DNA of 64,000 nt from an uncultured Planctomycetota bacterium (GTDB lineage Bacteria; Planctomycetota; Phycisphaerae; SM23-33), in assembly GCA_903892515.1 (NCBI GenBank), contig CAITIS010000067.1, positions 1,347 to 65,346 on the forward strand, read 5' to 3'. Position 1 is the first letter of the stretch. Each line of letters begins with the position of its first letter. The notes under the pieces were generated by a model. It saw nothing but the letters and a program-made list of their open reading frames with translations, was not told the DNA's origin and searched no databases. Shown one piece after another: positions 57,546 to 64,000 of this stretch. Position numbers and translations under genes: made by a program.

Positions 57546-58604
57546 ATGGCGTTACAAGTTCCACCACTGTTGATCGGCAGCATTCGCGTCGACCCGCCGG
57601 GCATTCTGGCCTCGCTGGCGGGGTACACCGACCTGCCCTACCGGCTGCTGTGCCGCAGCCTGGACGCCACTTTTTGCGCCACCGAAATGATGCTGGACCG
57701 TCAGCTCCTGCTGCCTGGCCGGCTGCGAAATCGGCTGGTGCACACCGACCCGGCCGATCATCCCGTCAGCGGCCAGATCATCGGCAACGATCCGGCCGTC
57801 ATGGCCAAGGCGGCCGTCGAGCTGCAAAAGTGCGGCTTTGATGCGGTGGATATGAACTTTGCCTGCCCGGTGCGCAAGGTTCTCCAGCGTCACCGGGGCG
57901 GCTACCTGATGCAGGATTGCGACAAGACGCTCGAAATCATCCGGGCGGTCACGGCCTCCGTCAGCATTCCCGTTACGGTCAAGATTCGCATGGGCTTCGC
58001 CGCCACCGATGTCGGCAGCGAGCATTTCTGGGCCATTGCCGAGGGCGGCTTTGACGCCGGCCTGGCGGGGCTGATCATCCACGCCCGCACCGTCGAGCAG
58101 CGTTACACCGGCAAGGCCGACTGGGAGTTCCTGGCCAAGGTCAAGCAGCACTTTGCGGACAAGGTGATCGTCGGCTCGGGCGACGTGACAGGACCGGCCG
58201 CCGCCGAGCGGATGCTGCAAGAGACGGGCGTCAACGGCGTTAGCTTTGCCCGCGCGGCCTTGGGGAACCCGTGGATATTCCGCCAGTTCGCCGACCAACT
58301 CGCCGGCAGGCCGCTGTACAAGCCGGGCCTGGCGGAACAGCGTGAGCGGTTGCGGCGGCACTTTGAGTCCGTGGTGGAGCTGTACGGCGTCCGGCGCGGG
58401 CCCAAGATGATGCGCAAATTCGGCATCAAGTACGCCCGGCTGCACCCGACGCCCGGCAAGGTCCGCGCCGCCTTCATCGGCGTCCGCACCGGTTCGCAGT
58501 GGCGGGCCATTCTGGATGAGTTCTACAGTGACGACTTCGATGCCTCAGCCATCACCGACGCGCCGGGCATCACGACCGAGGACGACGTTTCGGAGGAAGA
58601 ATGA
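57546..58604 (+). CDS. tRNA-dihydrouridine synthase (DusB-like)
   Basis: LAGYTD, DMNFACP, VTVKIR.G, HART, GSGDV. Confidence 0.9.
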   Translation: MALQVPPLLIGSIRVDPPGILASLAGYTDLPYRLLCRSLDATFCATEMMLDRQLLLPGRLRNRLVHTDPADHPVSGQIIGNDPAVMAKAAVELQKCGFDAVDMNFACPVRKVLQRHRGGYLMQDCDKTLEIIRAVTASVSIPVTVKIRMGFAATDVGSEHFWAIAEGGFDAGLAGLIIHARTVEQRYTGKADWEFLAKVKQHFADKVIVGSGDVTGPAAAERMLQETGVNGVSFARAALGNPWIFRQFADQLAGRPLYKPGLAEQRERLRRHFESVVELYGVRRGPKMMRKFGIKYARLHPTPGKVRAAFIGVRTGSQWRAILDEFYSDDFDASAITDAPGITTEDDVSEEE

Positions 58605-60217
58605 TGACTCGACCGATGTTGCTGGCCATGGCCTGCCTGTTGCCTTCCCTGCTGGCCGCACAGACCGCCACGGTGCCCTCGCGGCTGAACGTTTCGCCCG
58701 CTGTGAGCACACCCGCTGCGCCGGCATCGAGCCGGGCCGTGGCGACTTCGCGAGTGGCCACGTCGCTTCCGGCCAGCGTGCCGACTTCACGGGCGTCATC
58801 GGACAAGCAGGTGCAGTACTACGTCCTGCTGCTCAACGCTAAGAAGGTGGGATATCTCGTTCACAAGCGGCAGGTCGAGGGCGAGAAGGTCACCACCACC
58901 GAGATGCTCGAAATCACCATGAGCCGGAGCAAGACCCCCGTCACGATCACGGAAAAGGACATCTGCGTTGAGTCCTCCGACGGCACGCCGCTGTCGTTTC
59001 AGACCTTCCAGTCTTTAGGCGGTGCGACGCAGCAGGTCGAGGGCACGGTCGAAGGCGGCAAGATTCGCCTGCTGCTCAACTCTGGAACCGCGCAGACGCG
59101 GCAGGAAATGCCTTGGCCGCAAGGCGCGATGATGCCTGAGGGGCTTCGGCTCTTGCAGCTTTCCAAAGGCCTGGCCGAGGGCACGAGCTACGCTGTCCGC
59201 TCCTTCCTGCCTTCGAGCCTGACGGCCATCGACACGCAGGTTACCGTCGGCAAGAAGGTCGATGTGGACGTGCTGGGGCAGAAGATCCAGGCGTGGGAAA
59301 TCAAGGACGTGAGCGAGAGCATCGCCGGCGGGCTGAGCATGACCAGCTACGTCAATGACGAGATGGACATTCTCCGCAGTTCCATGCCGATGGCGGGGCT
59401 GAAGGTCGAGGTCGTGGCCGCGACGCGGGCCATCGCCCTGGCGAGGCCTGAAGTCTTCGAGGCCTTCGACTCGCTGGCTGTGGCCAGTCCCAGCCCGCTG
59501 CCAATCACTAAGGAGACGCCCTCGGCCACGTATGTGCTCCAGGCCGAGAAGGACCAGAAGCTTTCGCTCGTGGAGTCGGATTACCAGTCGGTGCGCTACG
59601 ACGAAGCCGCCGGCGTCAGCACCGTCACGGTCAGGAACGCCAAGCCCGAAGGCGATTACTACCTGCCCTACCAGGAGCAGGACGCCGAGGCCCTCAAGGC
59701 AATGGGCCCCTCACGCTACCTCCAGAGCGACGATGAGACGGTCCGGCAACTGGCGGAGCAGGCCGTTGGCGAGACCGCGCTGGCTTCGGAAGCGGCGGCC
59801 AAGCTGGAGGCGTTCGTCGCCCAGTACATCACCAAGAAGGATCTCTCTGTGGGGTACGCATCGGCCGCTGACGTAGCCAGGGGCCGCGAGGGCGACTGCA
59901 CCGAGCACGCCGTGCTGCTGGCGGCCATGTGCCGGGCGGTGGGCTTGCCGGCCCGCGTGTCCTGCGGCGTGGTGTATGTGCCGACCTGGCAGCAGAAGAA
60001 GGACGTATTCCTGCCGCACGCGTGGGTGGAGGCGTACATCGGCAAGGAGTGGGTTTGCCTGGATGCGGCCTTGCACGGTTTCGACGTGGGCCACATCGCC
60101 TTTTGCCACGGCGATGGCAACCCCGAGAGCTTTTTCGGCATCATCAACACGCTGGGCAACTTCAAGATCGTATCAGCCAGCGTGGAGAAAACGGCCAGTT
60201 CGGAGCCGGCGCAGTGA
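58601..60217 (+). CDS. Secreted transglutaminase-like protein
   Basis: Signal peptide; Cys-His-Asp triad GDCTEH / HAWVE / LDA. Confidence 0.85.
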   Translation: MMTRPMLLAMACLLPSLLAAQTATVPSRLNVSPAVSTPAAPASSRAVATSRVATSLPASVPTSRASSDKQVQYYVLLLNAKKVGYLVHKRQVEGEKVTTTEMLEITMSRSKTPVTITEKDICVESSDGTPLSFQTFQSLGGATQQVEGTVEGGKIRLLLNSGTAQTRQEMPWPQGAMMPEGLRLLQLSKGLAEGTSYAVRSFLPSSLTAIDTQVTVGKKVDVDVLGQKIQAWEIKDVSESIAGGLSMTSYVNDEMDILRSSMPMAGLKVEVVAATRAIALARPEVFEAFDSLAVASPSPLPITKETPSATYVLQAEKDQKLSLVESDYQSVRYDEAAGVSTVTVRNAKPEGDYYLPYQEQDAEALKAMGPSRYLQSDDETVRQLAEQAVGETALASEAAAKLEAFVAQYITKKDLSVGYASAADVARGREGDCTEHAVLLAAMCRAVGLPARVSCGVVYVPTWQQKKDVFLPHAWVEAYIGKEWVCLDAALHGFDVGHIAFCHGDGNPESFFGIINTLGNFKIVSASVEKTASSEPAQ

Positions 60218-60247
60218 AGCATGCGTCACGCAGCCGGTAGATGTTAA

Positions 60248-60343
60248 TCGCGTGGCCGCTGGACGCCGCGGCCACGGCACCCGGCGTCACGTGGTGGCAC
60301 AGCCTTTCAGGCTGTGCCGCACAGGCTAAAAGCCTGTGCCACC
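60248..60343. repeat. Composite REP cluster
   Basis: A copy of the 50357 element followed by a relative of the 49717 element. Confidence 0.8.
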
Positions 60344-60389
60344 TCACCCAGAAACTACAAAAGTTTCCTTAGCTGGACCGCGAGTTCGT

Positions 60390-61745
60390 TCACTCCGCCT
60401 GCACGGGTTCGACCACGAGATCGTAGTCGCGGATATCCACGACGCGGGCGCGGATGATCGTGCCGACCTCAGCGGGCTCGGTGATGTGGCAGATGCCATC
60501 GACCTCCGGCGCCTGGCCAGCGTGCCGGCCGGTGCCCAAACCTTCACCTTGGTCAGGGTCAGGCTGTGACTCCACCAGCACGTCCAGCTCGGTGTCCATG
60601 CGGGCCCAGTTCAGGTCGAAGGCCACCTTCTGCTGTTCGCGCATGAGCTTGTCGCGGCGGCGCTGGCTGATCCTGATGGGAATCTGGTTGGGCAGCCGGG
60701 CCGCCGGCGTGCCGGGCTCAGCGGAGTACGGGAAGACCCCCACCGCGTCGAAGCGTGCGGTCTTGACGAACTCCATAAGCTGATCGTAATCGGCGATGGC
60801 CTCGCCGGGAAAACCCGCGATGAAGGTTGTGCGAATGATGATGCCGGGCATGGCTCGCCGCAGCCGCGCGAGCAAGTCCACCACCCTCTGGCCGTTGTAG
60901 TGCCGGTTCATGCGGGTCAGAATCTTGTCGGAGATATGCTGCAGCGGGATGTCCAGGTACTTCACCACCCGCTCGCACTCGGACATGGCGGCAACCATTT
61001 CGTCGGTCATGGTGGCGGGGTTGGCGTACATGACGCGAATCCACCGCACCGACTCGATCTCGTTGAGCTTGCGCAGCAGCACGGCCAGGTTCGTGCCCTC
61101 GCTGCCGGGGGCGGCTGTGCCACGGTCGGTGAGGTCTTGGCCGTAGGCCGAGGTGTCCTGGCCGATCAGGTTCAGTTCGATGGCACCGTCGGCGGCCAGT
61201 TCCTTGGCTTCTTCCAGTACGTCCGGCAGCGGCTTGGAACGCAGCGGCCCACGGATCGACGGGATCGTGCAATAGCTGCACCCGGAGCTGCACCCCTCGC
61301 TGATGCGGAGATAGGCCATGTGCCGCGGGGTCAGGCGCAAGCGGCCGCGGTCGTCCTGGCAGCCTTGGTGGTCCTTGGTGACGCCGCTGCGGAGCTTGCC
61401 CATCACGGCCGGTACGATCTTGTCGCGGTCGAAGACGCCCACGATGGCGTCGATGCCCGGCTCGGCCTTGAGCAGCTCATCGGCCTGCTTCTGGGCCAGG
61501 CAGCCGGCCACCACCACGCGTTGGACGCGGAACTTCTTCTTGGCCCGCACGGCCTCACGAATGGCCTGCATCGACTCTTCGCGGGCCGACTCGATGAACG
61601 CGCAGGTGTTCACCAGCACCACGTCGGCCTGCTTGAGCGGGGCGCCAATGACGCACCCGGCCTCGGCCAGCAGCCCCAGCAACTTCTCGCTGTCCACAAG
61701 GTTCTTGGGGCAGCCCAACGACATAACCGCAATTCGTAAAGACAT
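60390..61745 (-). CDS. rimO: Ribosomal protein S12 methylthiotransferase
   Basis: SLGCPKNLVDSE, NTCAFI, GCSSGCSYCTIP, RTTFIAGFPGE, APEVDG, TRAM domain. Confidence 0.95.
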   Translation of the reverse strand: MSLRIAVMSLGCPKNLVDSEKLLGLLAEAGCVIGAPLKQADVVLVNTCAFIESAREESMQAIREAVRAKKKFRVQRVVVAGCLAQKQADELLKAEPGIDAIVGVFDRDKIVPAVMGKLRSGVTKDHQGCQDDRGRLRLTPRHMAYLRISEGCSSGCSYCTIPSIRGPLRSKPLPDVLEEAKELAADGAIELNLIGQDTSAYGQDLTDRGTAAPGSEGTNLAVLLRKLNEIESVRWIRVMYANPATMTDEMVAAMSECERVVKYLDIPLQHISDKILTRMNRHYNGQRVVDLLARLRRAMPGIIIRTTFIAGFPGEAIADYDQLMEFVKTARFDAVGVFPYSAEPGTPAARLPNQIPIRISQRRRDKLMREQQKVAFDLNWARMDTELDVLVESQPDPDQGEGLGTGRHAGQAPEVDGICHITEPAEVGTIIRARVVDIRDYDLVVEPVQAE

Positions 61746-61863
61746 AGGCCCGATATAGTACGTTCAGAGTGCCAGGGGGATACAACGTTTTCGTGTGTGG
61801 CTCAGCACTTGTCGTGCCCAACTCCGATTATCAAACGGCCCGAAGGTTCCGGTTCATCGGCGA

Positions 61864-61969
61864 GGTGCCATAGGCTGAGCCGACTTCGCGTTGTCTTGCG
61901 AAGACGGGGCGGCCTATGCGAACGGTCACATAGGTAGAGCCGCAACTTCGCGGCTCAACCTATGGCACC
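61864..61969. repeat. REP pair
   Basis: ggtgccataggctgagccg ... cggctcaacctatggcacc. Confidence 0.7.
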
Positions 61970-62005
61970 CAACGTTTTCGCGGGTTCGGCTGGCTTCACA
62001 GAAGC

Positions 62006-63004
62006 TCACCACTCCTCCAGTTCTCCGACGATCTCTTCGACCAGGTCCTTCACCGTCACCAGCCCGGTGCATTTGCCCTCGGCGTTGCGAATGAAGGCGA
62101 TGCTCTGATGACGCCGCTGCATCTCCAGCAAGGCCTCGAAGATGCCCCGATCCTGCGAAAGGAAATGGGCCGGCGTCAGGAAGCTGACCGGCGGAATTTC
62201 CGCCTCCTCCAGCAGCACATCGTAGATATTCAGCACGCCGATGATGTTCTCGCGCGGGCCCGAGTGCACGCCCACGCGCGGGTGGTTGTAGCGAGACAGC
62301 AGGTCGCGCAGCTCGTCTCGCGTCACGGCCTGGCTCACCAAGACCGCCTTGTCCAGCGGCACCATCGAGTGCGACAGGCTCATCTGGCGAATGTTGATGA
62401 CCCGCTCGGCCATGATGGACTGCGTATGCGTCAGCACGCCGCTGGCGCGGCCTTCGGCCAGGATGCCCGCAAGGTGGCTGCCGCGGGCCAGCGGGCTCTC
62501 CAGCCGGCCGAGCTTGCGGCCAGCCAGTCTCAGCACGCCCCACATCGCCACGTTGACCAGTGCCGCCAACCCGGTCGCGGTGAACACCCATTTTCCAAAC
62601 GTCAGGAATCGGCCCAGGGCGTACGTCAGCGTCTCGGCGTGCCGGTGGAACAGGTTCTTGGGCAGCAGCTCGCAGAAGATGAAGATCAGCGGCGTGAGGA
62701 TCAGCATTGCCTGCCACTCGGGATGCCGCCAGCCCGAATGCGTCAGCAGCAGCACCATGCCGGCTGAACTGAGGTAGTTGCCCACGCTGTTGGACAGCAG
62801 CAGCACGGCCAGGGCTTCTCCGGGCCGGAGCAGCGACAGCCGCAGCCGCCGTGCCGTCTTGGCCCCAGATTCGGCCCGGAGATCCAGCCGGATCTTGTTG
62901 ATGACGTAGATTCCCGTCTCCATGCCGCTGGAGATGAACGAAATGGCCGTCCCCGCCGCCAGGGCCGCCCAGCCGACCGCATCTGTCAACCAGGAAGCCG
63001 TCAT
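62006..63004 (-). CDS. CNNM/CBS domain (hemolysin-family) protein
   Basis: SSGMETG, FCELLPK, CBS pair, GLVTVKDLVEEIVGE. Confidence 0.88.
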   Translation of the reverse strand: MTASWLTDAVGWAALAAGTAISFISSGMETGIYVINKIRLDLRAESGAKTARRLRLSLLRPGEALAVLLLSNSVGNYLSSAGMVLLLTHSGWRHPEWQAMLILTPLIFIFCELLPKNLFHRHAETLTYALGRFLTFGKWVFTATGLAALVNVAMWGVLRLAGRKLGRLESPLARGSHLAGILAEGRASGVLTHTQSIMAERVINIRQMSLSHSMVPLDKAVLVSQAVTRDELRDLLSRYNHPRVGVHSGPRENIIGVLNIYDVLLEEAEIPPVSFLTPAHFLSQDRGIFEALLEMQRRHQSIAFIRNAEGKCTGLVTVKDLVEEIVGELEEW

Positions 63005-64000
63005 CGCTTGCCCTCGTCGAGTTGCACGCGCAGGCGGGCGATGCGCCGCCGCCGCATGGCCTCTATCGTGAAGACGACGTTGTGATAGCGCACACTCTGG
63101 CCCACGCGCGGAATGTCGCCCAGCAGGCTCAGCACAAAGCCGCCGATGGTGCTGTAGCGGGCCCCGCTCAGTTCCGTCGGAAAAGCTTCGATCCACTCGT
63201 GAATGGGCATGTCGCCGTTGACCATCCACTGGCGCGGGCCCAGGGGCTGGACCATCGGCTGCTCAGTCTCGCGCTCATCGGCGATGTCGCCAACCAGTTC
63301 CTCCAGAATGTCTTCGAGCGTGACCATACCGGCCGTGCCGCCGTACTCATCGACCACGATGGCGACCTGCGTCCGCGTGGCGCGAAATTGCAGCAGCACC
63401 GTCTCCAGGGCGGCGGTTTCGGGCACGAATGGCACCACCACGACCATTTCACGCAAACTTTGGCCGGGCGACGTGAGCATCCGCTTGGCGTACACGACGC
63501 CGATCATGTGATCCAGGTTGCCCTCGTACACCGGCAGTTTCGTCATGCGCCGCCGGCGGACGATCTCCAGCGGCGCCGCCACCGGCTGATTGACTTCGAC
63601 GGCCACCATGTCCACGCGCGGCACCATGATGTTGCCCGCGCGCAGGTCGGTCAGTTCGAGCACCTCTTGCAGCAGGGCCGTCTCGTTCTTGCCGATGAGC
63701 CCGCGTTTCTGCGACAGCGTCAGCAGCGATTCCATCTCCTCGGCCGTCAGGTCGCCGCGTCGGCTCCTGGGCGGGGCGATCAGCCGTGTCAGCGGATTAA
63801 CGATCATCGCCGCCAGAAAGCGGTGCAGCGGTTGCACGAGTCGGCACAGCATCAAGATTACGGGAGCGGCCGCTTCGGCCAGCCGGCGCGGATACAGATA
63901 CGCCACGCTCTTGGGAATGATCTCGCCGAACAGCACCAACGCCAGCAGCGACGCCACTGCCCCCACGCCCGACCACACCGCGCCGTGCCGGACCTCGTGC
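63001..64000 (-). CDS. CNNM/CBS/CorC_HlyC hemolysin-family protein, 5' partial
   Basis: FGEIIPK, MVPRVD, VDEYGGTAG.VTLEDILEELVG, TIGG. Confidence 0.9.
   Translation of the reverse strand, partial: HEVRHGAVWSGVGAVASLLALVLFGEIIPKSVAYLYPRRLAEAAAPVILMLCRLVQPLHRFLAAMIVNPLTRLIAPPRSRRGDLTAEEMESLLTLSQKRGLIGKNETALLQEVLELTDLRAGNIMVPRVDMVAVEVNQPVAAPLEIVRRRRMTKLPVYEGNLDHMIGVVYAKRMLTSPGQSLREMVVVVPFVPETAALETVLLQFRATRTQVAIVVDEYGGTAGMVTLEDILEELVGDIADERETEQPMVQPLGPRQWMVNGDMPIHEWIEAFPTELSGARYSTIGGFVLSLLGDIPRVGQSVRYHNVVFTIEAMRRRRIARLRVQLDEGKR

Overview
GC-rich bacterial chromosomal window, probably Planctomycetota and Phycisphaerae-like. This is an inference from a HYExAFE-type ORF, a dnaA without dnaN, a short MnmE-like GTPase and many REP-like repeat families. 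It is mostly housekeeping: hisS, rnpA/yidD, GTP-PEPCK, ribD, smpB, two hsp20, mrfA/mrfB-like repair genes, mqnE, lexA, an Rrf2-FeS-hcp-tpx-rubredoxin stress cluster, dapF, coaX, obgE, rpmA, dnaA, nth, dus, rimO and two CNNM genes. There is also a small polysaccharide cluster. No rRNA, tRNA or CRISPR array was seen. Six observations stand out. (1) The lexA locus has an upstream ORF overlapping lexA by 212 nt and ending in a clamp-binding-like QGSLF, an in-phase A_AAA_AAG slippery site leading into that frame, and a candidate SOS box (CCTAAC-N5-CCAAAT) shared with mrfA. (2) A 12-heme secreted cytochrome has five tethered PgcA-like monoheme domains. (3) A RAYT transposase is intact but has lost its catalytic residues, and REP elements sit in frame inside genes. 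(4) A single-chain IOR is fused to a GltD-like domain. (5) A 44-aa bL37-like protein was missed by the ORF track. (6) Many genes show leaderless-type promoter geometry. All family calls are by eye from motifs, without database searches.
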